Positions 25,989-38,523 of a DNA stretch of 64,000 nt are shown here, piece by piece (position 1 is the stretch's first letter; every line of letters starts with the position of its first letter). A model generated the notes under the pieces. That model was not told the DNA's origin. It searched no databases and was given only the letters and a program-made list of their open reading frames with translations. The position numbers and the translations under genes were made by a program. This stretch comes from Eledone cirrhosa (Eukaryota): contig OZ024741.1 of the NCBI GenBank assembly GCA_964016885.1, positions 311,116,001 to 311,180,000 on the forward strand, given 5' to 3'.

Positions 25989-27430
25989 CTTTACTCTGAA
26001 CTAAATTTATTAAATAGGAAATCTGAAATATTTCCATTTTTTCTTATATTAATCTCCATTCTTTTCACTATTTTAGACCTATTAACTAATTTATATCAAT
26101 GTAGATTTATACCTTATTCTTTTCAGTACCATTACTATCACTGTATAATAATTATTTAATTGCACTTTTAAACCTAAAAGTTTATAATATGTTTAACTAA
26201 TATATACTGTCTACCATTCTTCACACACACCCTCTCTGATCCCTTCTATTGCAAATACAATTTATTATAACAACCTCATCACTTTTAGGCAACTTAATAA
26301 TTCATTACTTCCATACCTTTTCTCACTAGCCTCACTAATATTTATTTTTGCTAAATATATAACATCAATTGCCTCACCATATATTTTTTATTTAATATTA
26401 ACTATTGAATACTAGTATAAAGTACCTTTTTATTTTAATAATGCATAGCTCTATTAGTATATATAGATAATTTCTTTGTAATATGTAAAGTTATTATTAT
26501 TTTAAAGTTCTTTCGTTTTGCAAACATTAAACCAGAAAACCATTTTTTTTAAAATTCGATTCCCATATTTTTAGATACTAAATTTTTCTACAGTAACCCT
26601 CTAATATATAGAATGTGTTACATAAATTACTCCCCCTTTATTTTTATTTTGTGTTAACCCTTTTTTTATTTTTTAAGGCTTATTTTTTAAAAATTCAATG
26701 CTCAGATGGATGATTTGTACTCTTGATGGCATATGACTTTGTCTCCTCTATTCAACTATGTGGTGCTTTAAATGATGTGTCTTGAGTGTCTAATTGCTAA
26801 TACTTCCATCTAAACTGGATTTTTTACTTTGAAGATTACACTTATTTTCTCAGCATTACATTAGCTCCCTTGGACATTTTGAAAAATAATAATTATTATG
26901 ACTGAATTATGTAGTCGAATGTATAGTCTTGCATCTGTCTGTATGCTACAGGTAAACTAAACTTTTTTAAATATATTTTTTAAATATATTTTTAAATATA
27001 TTCTTTTAACATTTTTTTGGGAGGTGTATTTTTAAATTTATATTTGAATTGCATGACTTCTCTTATTAACTTTATTAACTTTCTTTACTACTTATGATAT
27101 ATATTTTTCACTGTACTTAATTTATTCGTAACACCATGATTTTTTGATTTTAAAATTTTTTATTTGCTCCTAATTTGTATTGCATTTATCTGCTCCTATT
27201 CTTCATATGATTTTTCTTCCTCTGTTACCTTATATAAATGTTTATACTTATGCTTATCTACCATCCCATATTAAGTATCCTCCTAATGTTCTTGTGATAA
27301 AGTTTGCATATTATATTTGTGTTTGGCTTTTGTTATCAACTCCGATGATCCCGGTCTTGTGTTTGGATGAAACGATCGCCAGTGATTAAATGTTTGAAAG
27401 TTTAAACACACTTTGATTGTCATTTACATT

Positions 27431-27432
<2 letters not shown>
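25989..27432 (+). mobile_element. PLE tail: last codons of GIY-YIG ORF plus long AT-rich 3' UTR ending in a hammerhead-like motif
   Basis: LYSELNLLNRKSEIF matches the LLNKRSE-type PLE terminus; variant hammerhead at 27335-27386; TA array follows. Confidence 0.55.
27335..27386 (+). ncRNA. Degenerate hammerhead-like motif with CCGAUGA core
   Basis: atcaact CCGATGA tcc..ggat GAAA cgatcg CC agtgat; palindromic stem III, U16.1 lost. Confidence 0.45.
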
Positions 27433-27518
<86 letters not shown>

Positions 27519-27613
27519 TTCTGTATTTCTCTCTGCCTGTCTATCTGTCTGCCGCTCTCTCTCTAAATTCATGCCACTTAATGTACAATCTCCCTAACAC
27601 AAAATATTACACA

Positions 27614-27816
27614 CAACAGTAAGCTGAGAAGTTCATAGGCTAACTATAAAAGAGTGATGCTGCTAGGTCAGTGAAATCTTGCATGCTTTAAATTCAAATA
27701 TTCTTATTAATAAGTGCATTGTTTCTTTCCAGGAACTACGTGGAAAAATAAACTTCATTTAGTCACTCCATGAGAGTTTGAAATTTTCAGCCTATGAAAT
27801 GTTTAGCTCACCCTCG
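27614..27816. mobile_element. Tc1/mariner-type MITE
   Basis: Imperfect TIRs taagctgagaagttcataggct / agcctatgaaatgtttagctcaccctcg around ~150 bp of non-coding DNA. Confidence 0.6.
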
Positions 27817-28789
27817 GACATATTTCCTCCAATATCTGAAAGGTAATACAAACAATTCTCAACAATCACTGATTGCATCACATTTTCTCTCCACCAGACA
27901 TCAGAGACAACGAATATGGTTTCACAGATCTAGATCTAACGGAAATATAAGTGACACTTTATTAAATCTTGTGTTCTTCACATTTTATTAATGTCTCCCG
28001 TCTTTACACATTCTTTAATGCCCTGCATTGTTATTGCCTCTAATGAGGCACCCTGCAACTCAAAATTTGATGAAATTATGACTTCCCAACCAAAACAAGC
28101 ACAAACAGGTTGTCACGTGATCATAAATGTTCCTATAAATATTTTAAGTGTGTTAGTTTGTATAAATGTATAACTCCCCCCCCCCCCCCACACACACACG
28201 TTCTAATACTGGTGGCCTAGTTAGGATCTAGCTGGCGAAACGGGCAGAGCTCAGCCGTCGGGTTCCTGACTTTTTTCATATATATATATATATGTATTTA
28301 TATATATATCTGTGTACGTGTGCGTGTGTTTATATATATATGTGTGTATATGTGAGTGTACTGGAGTGTGAGTGTGTGTGTATGTTTATTTAAATGTATA
28401 ATTCAGACAGTTCACTACGAAATTCCAATTTACTCATGTAAGTTAACATTTCCGTTCCTTGTGAATCTTCCATATGTATTGACGATTTGATTTAAGTCTA
28501 GCAATAACACGCCACAGATTACAAACTTTGAGGATTTTAAAATAAAATGCGTCTCGTCCTCCACCATAGTGTCTCCATAAATCACAACAGTCCGTTTCTT
28601 CCAGAATATAGATTCCTCTGAAATTCACTCGGTGGGTATCCTTATCATCTACAGGTCTTATCTACGTAAATTCATGATATTTAAGGAAATTATATATCTG
28701 TAAAAGTCACATAACAGAGACTGTGATAAAACATTTTTTTGGTTTTCGAGAATGTTATAGATTTAACAAATTAAGTATTGAGCCATTCT

Positions 28790-30835
28790 CTTTGTATTTC
28801 CCTTTCTATTATCCTCTTTCTTTACCTCTGTATTTTCTACTGTGTTTTCACTGTCTTTAACTGTGTCTTTTCCGCTGTCTGTTCCTCTCTCTGTTCCTCT
28901 GTCTTTTCCTTTGTCTTTTCCCCTGTCTCTTCCACTGTCTTTTCCTTTGTCTTTTCCGCTGTCTGTTCCGCTGTCTGTTCCTCTGTCTTTTCCTTTGTCT
29001 TTTCCCCTGTCTCTTCCACTGTCTTTTCCGCTGTTTATCCTCTGTCTCCTCTGTCTTTTAGTCTGTTACTCCTTTGTCTTTTCATCTGTCTTCTCCTGTG
29101 TCTCCACCCCCCTGTATTTCTCGCTGTCTTTTCCCCTGTTTCTCCTTTGTCTTTTCCTCTGTTTTCTCCGCTCTCTTTTCCTCTGTCTTTTCCTTTGTAT
29201 TTCCCCCCTGTCTTTCCCTCTGTCTTTTCCGCTGTCTTTCTCCCTGTCTTTTCCGCTGTCTTTCTCTCTGTCTTTTCCGCTGTCTTTCTCCCTGTCTTTT
29301 CCGCTGTCTTTACCTCTGTCTTTTACCCTGTTTCTCCTTTGTCTTTTCGTCTGTCTTCTCCGCTGTCTATACCTCCGTCTTTTGCTTTGTCTTTTCCCCA
29401 AGTCTTTTCCTCTATCTTTACCTTTGTCTTTTCCTTTGTCTTTCCCCCTGTCTTTTCCACATTCTTTTCCCCAGCCTTTTCCTCTGCCTTCTCCTCTGGC
29501 TTTTCCCTTGTTTCTCATTTGTCTTTTCCTCTGTCTTCTCCGCTGTCTTTTCCTCTGTCTTTTCCTTCGTCTTTTCCCCTGTCTTTTCCTCTGTCTTTAC
29601 CTCTGTCTTTTCCTTTCTCTTTTCCCCTGTCTTTTCCAGTGTGTTTTACTTTGTCGTTTCCCCTGTCTTTTCCGGTGTGTTTTACTTTGTCGTTTCCCCT
29701 GTCTTTTCCAGTGTGTTTTACTTTGTCGTTTCCCCTGTCTTTTCCAGTGTGTTTTACTTTGTCGTTTCCCCTGTCTTTTCCGGTGTGTTTTACTTTGTCG
29801 TTTCCCCTGTCTTTTCGCTGTCTTTTCCGCTGTCTCCCCCCTGTCTTTTCCGCTGTCTTTTCCTTTGTCTGTCCCTCTGTCTTTTCCGCTGTCTTTCCCC
29901 CTCTATATTCCGCTGTTTTTTCATTTGTCTTTCCCCCCGTCTTTTCCGCTGTCTTTTCCGCAGCCTTTTCCTCTGTCTTCGTTGTCTTTTCCCCTGTTTC
30001 TCCTTTGTCTTTTCCTCTGTTTTCTCCGCTGTCTTTTCCCTCTGTCCTTTCCTTTGTTTTACCTCTGTCTTTTCCTTTCTCTTTTCCCCTGTCCTTTACG
30101 CTGTCTTTTCCTTTGTCTTTCCTCATTCCTTTCCGCTGTCTTTTCCGGTGTCTTTTCCTTTGTCATTTCCCCTCTCTTTTCCGCTGTTTTTTCCTTTGTC
30201 TTTCCCTCTGTCTTTTTCGCTGTCTTTTTCGCTGTCTTTCCCCCTGGCTTTTCCGCTGTCTTTTCTTTCTCTTTTCCGCTATTGTTTTATTTGTCTTTTC
30301 CCCTGTCTTTTCCGTATTTTTTTCTTTTGTCTTTTCCGCTGTCTTTTCTGCTGACTTTGCCTCTCTCTTTACCTCTCTATTTTCCGCTGTCTCCTCCGCA
30401 GCCTTTTCCTCTGTCTTCTTTGTCTTTTCCCCTGTTTCTCCTTTGTCTTTTCCTCTGTTTTCTCCGCGGTCTTTTCCCCTGTCCTTTCCGCTGTCTTTTC
30501 CTTTGTCTTTACCGTGTCTTTTCGTCTGTCTTTTCCGCTCCCTTTTTCTTTGTCTTTTCCTTTGTGTTTTCCGTTGTATTTTCCGCTGTTTTTTCCTTTG
30601 TCTTTCCCCCTGTCTGTTTCGCTGTCTTTTCCGCTGTCGTTCCCACACTCTTTGCCGCTGTCTTTTCATTTCTCTTATCCGCTGTCTTTTCCGCTGTTGT
30701 TATTTTTTCATTTTCCTTTGTCTTTTTCGCATTTTTTTCTTTCGTCTTTTCCCCTTTCTTTTCTGCTGTCTTTGCCACTCTCTTTACCATTCTATTTACC
30801 GATGTCGCTCCCGCTGCTTTTTCTCTGTTTCTCTT
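28790..30835. repeat. Degenerate 12-bp pyrimidine-rich minisatellite (consensus TTTTCCNYTGTC) with higher-order units
   Basis: Repeating ttttccgctgtc/ttttcctttgtc/ttttcccctgtc; five 36-bp units at ~29625-29815. Confidence 0.95.
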
Positions 30836-33350
30836 CCTGAAACTGGATGTAAATATTTCATTAGAATTTAGTATGTACCCTAATTACAGCGTATCATGTT
30901 TACTCTATCGCCTACATATGTTAGTACAATCATTGTACCTGGTTTCTGTGAGAGTAGCTATATTTTGTACAAGTGGGTGGTAAAAGTGAGATCTAGAATA
31001 TTGTGTAGAGAGCTATGTTTTTCAGGTTAAGATAACTAAAGATGTTACAGTTAAATTACGAATTAATTATTAATTTTATTACAGCAAATGGAAATTTATA
31101 AATTATGGAATAACATTGTACTTAATAAAATAAAAAACAATTGACGAGGGAATGAGGACAATCTCATATTCAGTCATGTCTATAACACATTATTTAATTC
31201 TCATCAAGACAACTTCTCGTATCACTAATAACTTCCAGAGAGATATTCTCATCGAACAATCTAATTCCTCCATTCTTATATAATTGAAATAATTACCCGA
31301 GGTAACATCATTATTTTAACTAATATAAAATATGTCTTTGTGTCATTTATTTTGTCTTATTTATGTTCTGATACGAATGTGATTTTCACCTCTATTGATT
31401 AGTCGATAGAATAAGTTACAGTCTTGTATTGCGAATCGGTTCGCTTTCTCAATACATATGTCATGACAGTTTATATTATCGTGGCCATGTAAGTCATATT
31501 TCTTATAGGCAATATGCCTTAGGTAGATATATCAGTGCTGATGCAAATTGGTAACTGTTTAAAAAGTTAGATTTCTGGATAATATATTTAATGATACTTG
31601 TCTTAGACTTCATCAGATTGAGTGTTATACCGTATTTTTAATTTTATTTTAACTGGGTTTGGGAAATATATAGTTATTGAGATAATATCTATAACATATC
31701 TATTGAATAAGGATAATGCATTAACTAAAGGTATTTGAGTGTCTTGTATCAATCAAAACCTGACAGATGCAAATGTCTGAGAACAGGTTACATCTAATTG
31801 GTTCTGCGAATCTATTTGTTAGGAAGCTATTTGAATGGATAATATATTTATCAAAAATGGGGATGAGAAACTTTCTTTATGGCTGCTGGACATGCTAAAG
31901 AAAGCAGTCAAAAACACTAATGTTGTTCGCAAGACACCTACATGTCAGTATGGTGATGACAGGAAATGTTTTTGATGATACGTGTCCTCCGTTATGACTG
32001 ACCTGAACCTAAACAACAACTGAAGTGGGATAAAATTAGTAAACTCCAACTCCAGTAAATTATACAGTTATTAAACAGGAAATTATCTCCAAATGGGTTT
32101 GAGCATGGACTAATGTAGTAGTGAAAAGCTATAATAGAATATAACATTTGGCTTCTTCATAATTAAAATAATATTTAATTTCCGAAAAGCTTTGGTTAGC
32201 AGATGCGGTAGCACTGTTCTTAATGACATGTTGTAATGACATTTATCCTTTCACATACACAGTTTATATCTCATTCAGTAGAAACTTGACATCCATTCTT
32301 TCGTACCTGACAAACATTCTATGAGTAGTGACCTTGATATATTTACATCTAGCTCTCCCTAAAATGTGTGTCCTTGAATTGTGTTCTTCAAATTATCTGT
32401 TTATCGTGCGTTAGTTTTAAACAATTACATCCCCATTGGAATTGTTTGGTCTTCTGCCAAATCGATGATTTTTATTATACAATCAAATATACTATCTGTC
32501 TAAACCAAGAATCAAATCTAACCAAGTTGTCTTACAGCTTACTTATATGTCTGTCTGTCTCCCCGTAAATATATGTCTGAACCATTGTGTTCATTGTATT
32601 CACAACTAAATCAGGTGACTGGTAGATATATTGTCACTCTATTAGACTTCAGCTTATTAGACTCAATTATAAACTGTCTCAATAAGTATGCATTTGACTC
32701 GTGACATTTTGTAATGGTATAAAAAAAAACTTAATATTTCTTGGGCTATAGAAAATGTAATTAGCTAATCAAAATATTTCTTGTCAAAACAATAAAATAC
32801 TAATATGATATATACAGGAAATTCAAAATATTGAGAACTAGATGTAATACTTTACAGTTTCCAACTTTATGCCTAATGTATCTGTATTCAAATAATATCA
32901 AGGCAAAGCTTGCTTTAGCCTATCAAACACAATTACAATGTTGGTGTAAAAAAGAACATTTTAAAATGTCCTGGTCGAATTATGAGGCAATAATTAGTTC
33001 AAAGACTGCAATTAGTACATTTAATATTATACGTGGTCATTAATATTCACCGAATAACCTAACTGGGAAAATAAGTTTTAATATTTAAAACTCATCGCTG
33101 AAAAATACGGAGGTCAATTACACAATATACAAATATAAAAGAAAAATACAATTTTATTTACTCTAAATCTAAACATCAGACAGATTGAAATTCACCAATT
33201 ACTTCTAACAATAGTATTGAGACATGAAATCACATACCTGTAAATTAATAATGGAATCACACCTGAAATAAACAGGAAAAGTAGGAACAACACAGTCATC
33301 ACGATATAAAAGGGTTGTAGTCCGAGTCTTTCTGTTCAAATGTAAAACAT

Positions 33351-33414
<64 letters not shown>

Positions 33415-34139
33415 TTCGGACCCAAAATATATTGTTATAAGGCTCAAATATTCAAATATTCAACTTTGTATTGTACACTGTATATCCCCCCCCAAAAATG
33501 GCTATAAATGGAAGAAGAACCCCCCCCTCCTCTCCTCTGGCTACACTATATAGGACAGCTAAACTCACCAACACCAGAAACTAGATACACCACCCACCCC
33601 ATCATCTGTGTACACTAAACACAACAGCATTTTCACCTTCACCGCCACCGCTCACTACGGCCATCATTACCACCACTATCCCATCACCGCCGCCACCACC
33701 CCTTGACTCCTTCACTGCTGCTGCCACCGCTACAGCACTATCACTACAGTAATACGGTCGCATCACCACCACCACTGTCTCAGTATCGCCAACGCCGCCA
33801 GTCTCCCACTTCTCCCTGCTGGCTGCCACTTCCACATTATAGAATTCCTACTACTAACAAAGAGGAAGGCATCAAAATATATAGATAGACTCAAAAGAAA
33901 AAAGAAAAAACAAACAACAAAACCAAAGCAGCACAGCAACAACAGCAAAAAACGAGAAAAACAAACAGAGAAAAACAAAAACAAAAAAAGAAACCCCCAA
34001 AACGTAAAGAAAATAAGAATGAAGAGAGAAGCAGGCGGACGGACAGAGAAGAGGGGGGAAAAAGTAAAACTTAAAAAACAAAAACTAAGTCAGACATTCG
34101 AATACTACATTACAATGAAACTTATGCTTATTCATTTTT

Positions 34140-37100
34140 GGGGCCCTTTCTGCCCGTGTGTTTGTTTGTTTATGTGTGTTCGTATACAGCGTGGTGATAA
34201 TGCCACACAAGGGCCAAGTGGGATGGCGGATCCACAGATGGCTATGTAAACACACATTCGCCAATCCTCGATAAGAGTGTTTAAATATCGAACATAAACA
34301 GTTCGAATAACGGTGAAATGGAGACTAGAACGTCATGTGACAGACTCTCACCCAACAGGTGCCCCCTGGCTCAGCAGCAGGAACCTGACTGTCAACCAAA
34401 TACTGCTGATGTTGGAGGAAGAAGAAGAAGGAAAGGGGCCAGAACCAACTGGACGAAAGAATTGAATAGAACTGTTATGCAATGCTACCTGAAAAGTAAC
34501 CCCAAGGAGAGGGGCTCAGGAGACGGATGCATAACATCTGGAACGAGATTGGTTTATTTAAATTAGATGAACAAAAATTGGCCGGGCAGGCTCGGGTAAT
34601 AAGAACTAATGGGTGGATAAGCGAGCTGGAACTGGAGGAACTGAGCAGAGAGAATGGCTTGGAGATGGCGGGTGTAGTATGCCAGACAAGCGAGCCGGCG
34701 GGAAATGAAGGTGAGGAGGTCCTGAGAACGGAGGAACCACCCGAAGCAGACAATGATCTGAATACTGAGATAAATAATACCTGGAACAGAGATACGGCCA
34801 CTGAGGAGATGAATGCTGACGGGCTAGGACAAGATTCGGTTGACATCCTAAATTTAGTGGTAGATGAGTTGAACAATGATAGTGGGAGACCTATGAACCT
34901 AAGATTTGTAGACAGGAAAAAGTTAAAAGAAACAACAGCTAAGGTAAACAAAGTCATCCCATACCTTGAGGCGAGGAGTCTTCACCAGTGCAACAATATC
35001 CTCAAAGCAACAGCAAATACGGTGAGGAAACTACTTGGTATAAAAGCGAGAGGAAACAACAGACAAGAAAGAGCAGAGCCGTGGTGGAAGAAGCGACTGA
35101 GTGGGCAAATCGGGGAAATGAGAAATGACATAGGAAAGCTTGAGTCACTACTGAATGGGACACTAAAAAACATAGGCACTAAAAATAGACTGGAAATAAA
35201 ATACAAAACTAGGAGTAAAAAGCTAAATATTATCATAGAGGAATTGAAGCAACGCATTGTAGCAAAGAGTGCCAAAATCAGGCGATACGAGAACAGAGTC
35301 AGTCAGTATAAACAGAACCGCATGTTCGACAACAATCAGAAGATGCTGTTTGGACAGCTTGAGGGGAAAGAAAGAGGCAACGACTTGATCCCTGGGGCGG
35401 AACAAGCTAAAACATTCTGGAGAGGAATATGGGAGCAGGATGTTAGACACAATGCCCAGGCAGGGTGGATTGAGACAGTACAGAGGGAGATCGGTGAGCA
35501 GGCACAACAACAGACTGATTTGAGTATCACAGTTGAAACTCTTAAGGGGCAAGCCAAAAAACTAACCAACTGGAAATCACCAGGCTCAGATGGTGTGCAG
35601 GGGTATTGGATTAAACATTTAACATCCCTCCACCCGAACCTGACGGCCATGTTCAATGACTGCTTGGTGTCGGGTGAGGTGCCAGAGTGGTTGACAAAAG
35701 GTACCACAGTTCTGATAATGAAAGACCGAATCAAGGGTAATGATGTTACCAACTATAGACCTATCACATGTCTGCCCGTAATGTGGAAACTGTTGACGAG
35801 CATTGTGTCTGAGGAAATCTACCATCACCTCCACACAAACAACTTGTTACCGGACGAACAGAAAGGATGCCGAAAAAAGTCACGTGGTACAAAGGACCAG
35901 TTGCTTATTGATAAGATGGTAATGGGGAATTGCAGGAGGAGACACACTGATCTTGCCATGGGATGGATAGACTACAGAAAGGCATTTGACATGGTGCCTC
36001 ATTCCTGGATCACCAAAAGCCTGGAGATCTTCAGGGTGGCAGATAACATCAGACAGTTGCTGGGCAGGAGTATGGGGTCCTGGGAGACAGAGTTGACATC
36101 AACTGGAGTATCCTTGGGAAGCGTGAAGATCAAGAGAGGTATCTTCCAGGGAGATAGCCTGTCCCCTCTGTTGTTTGTCCTTGCCCTGATGCCCTTGACC
36201 ATTATGCTGCGAAAAGTGAGAGCAGGATACAAGTTGGGAAGGGGAGAGCTTACCATCAATCACCTCCTCTTCATGGATGATCTTAAGCTCTTCGGGAAAA
36301 GTGAGAAGGAGTTGGATGTGCTTGTTGACACTGTCCGTATTTTCAGCAGTGATATATGTATGTAGTTTGGTATTGGTAAATGTGGAGTCATTGTGATGAA
36401 GAGGGGTAGGTTGAGCAGAAGTAACGGGATCCAGATACCAACAGGTGAGATGATAAAGGAAATTGACTCTGAGGAAGGATACAAGTATTTGGGCGTTCTG
36501 GAGGCTGATGGCATAAAGAACAAAAAAATGAAGGAATTGTTAAGAACTGAATACATTCGGAGAGTAAGGAGCGTATTGAAGTCACATCTGAACAGCAGAA
36601 ATGCCATAAGCGCAGTAAATTCCCGAGCTGTGTCTATTATTAGGTACAGTGCGGGAATTCTGAGATGGAATGTTGCTGAACAAAAAGAAATGGATAGGAA
36701 GACTAGGAAGCTATTGACTATCTACAACATGTTCCACAAGAGGAGTGATGTCGATAGACTCTACCTAAGGAGATCTGAGGGTGGAAGAGGTCTTATCAGC
36801 ATAGAGGACTGTGTTCAGATGGAGAAAAACAACCTATACAAATACGTGACCTATAGTAAGGAGCCAATGCTCAGAGCTGTACTGAAGGAGGGGACAGTAG
36901 GCCAGGGGATATCCAAGGAGGAAATAACATCAAGGAGGAAGAGCAGCCTTAAGGGAAAATCCCTTCATAGTACCTTCTTTGAGAAAACTGAATTTAGAGA
37001 TCCACAGACATGGAACTGGTTGAGAAGAGGAGACCTCAAAAAGGCTACAGAAGGAATGCTAATGGCTGCGCAGGAGCAGGCCCTCAAAACGAAGTGTTCA

Positions 37101-37738
37101 CATTGTGTCCGAGTGTAAACACCTAGCCCAGACCCACTATAAGGGCTGGAGACACGATGTGATGGGCAGGGTGATCCACTGGCACCTGTGCAAAGTAAAC
37201 AATCTACCACATTCTGAGAAATGGTATGAGCATAGGCCAGAGGCGGTGATGGAGAACAGTCAGGTGAAGGTGCTGTGGGATTTTAGGATACAGACGGACA
37301 AAAAACTGGAACACAATAGACCTGACCTGGTGGTTGTGGACAAAGAAAAAAGATCGTGCCTGATTGTGGATGTGGCCTGCCCGTTCGACACGAGAGTGCA
37401 AGAGAAGGAGAGGGAGAAAATTAACCGATACCAGGACCTAAAGTGGGAGGTGAAAAGGATTTGGAACTGCCATGAAGTCAAAGTGATCCCGATTGTCATA
37501 GGCGCACTGGGGACTATCTCCAAAGGTTTCCAGGGATGGTTAAAGAAAATCGGCCCCTTCACGCTTTTTGGAACGCTTCAAAAGACATGCTTGCTTGGAA
37601 CAGCAAGAACCCTCCGATACGTCCTGAATATCTGAGGCTGCAGGTAGTGGCTTGATATTCAATCCAACGGACTTTCCAGTTAACCAACATCAATGACTGA
37701 GATTCAAGGAATAACAATAACAATAATAATAATAATAA
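34140..37738 (+). mobile_element. Near-full-length R4/Dong-clade non-LTR retrotransposon (RT plus restriction-like endonuclease)
   Basis: WKSPGSDGV, NYRPITCL, QKGCRK, WIDYRKAFD, GIFQGDSLSPLLF, HLLFMDDLKL, YKYLG, GGRGL, RPDLVVVD..IVDVACPFD..EKINRY. Frameshifts at ~34520 and ~37100-37160, TAG at 36363; (TAA)n tail. 5' boundary uncertain. Confidence 0.95.
34527..36365 (+). pseudogene. Longest intact segment (612 aa) of the R4/Dong ORF, including most of the RT
   Basis: ORF track plus RT motifs; ends at a premature stop in ICM*FGIGKC. Confidence 0.9.
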
Positions 37739-38138
37739 AATCTCCATCATGGAATCATGGATCAACTAAGCATCCTTGCTATATTAACACATTTTTATCA
37801 GCTTAACTTCAAGAACTATGCCTGTAAATAACATTATTCTTTCTGCACCATTTCTTTAACATGTGCAACACCACCATTCTACACCAATACATATCACTAT
37901 CATTTGATAATGCATAAAAATGCTGAAGCCGGTAATAGACAATTATTAAATATATAAATAGATAAATAAATGCCGTTGTTAATTAATAAATAAATCAACT
38001 AATACCTTAACACTTCACACAAAGTAAAACATTTCGTTTTAATCATTTTCTAACAGAAAAAAAGAGAGAAAGAAATAAAAAAGGAAAACAAAAATTTTTT
38101 TTCTTCCTAATAATCGTCTCTTTCTCCCTGTTTTGAAA

Positions 38139-38408
<270 letters not shown>

Positions 38409-38523
38409 TGAGTGAGTGAGTGAGTGAGTGAGTGAGTGTGAGTGTGTGCGTGTGTATGTGTATACATATGTATCTATCTATCAACATATAGATACATATA
38501 TAGATACATATATATACACACAA

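Noticed and set aside
28440-28680. Minus-strand stretch as a host exon
   Set aside because: One frame contains VEDETHFIL, typical of decayed non-LTR zinc-knuckle tails; too eroded to call either way.
28778-30983. 697, 713 and 426 aa ORFs as a membrane or repeat protein gene
   Set aside because: All plus frames are open because the strand has almost no A; frames swap repeat phase, as expected for a satellite.
33600-34080. Poly-Pro/Val/Lys-type ORFs upstream of the Dong element
   Set aside because: Low-complexity (CAC/CCG)n and A-rich sequence; cannot tell whether it belongs to the element's 5' UTR.
34982-37562. Antisense ORFs overlapping the R4/Dong element (likewise over the RTE and Tx1 elements)
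   Set aside because: Shadow frames of retrotransposon coding sequence with no motifs of their own.
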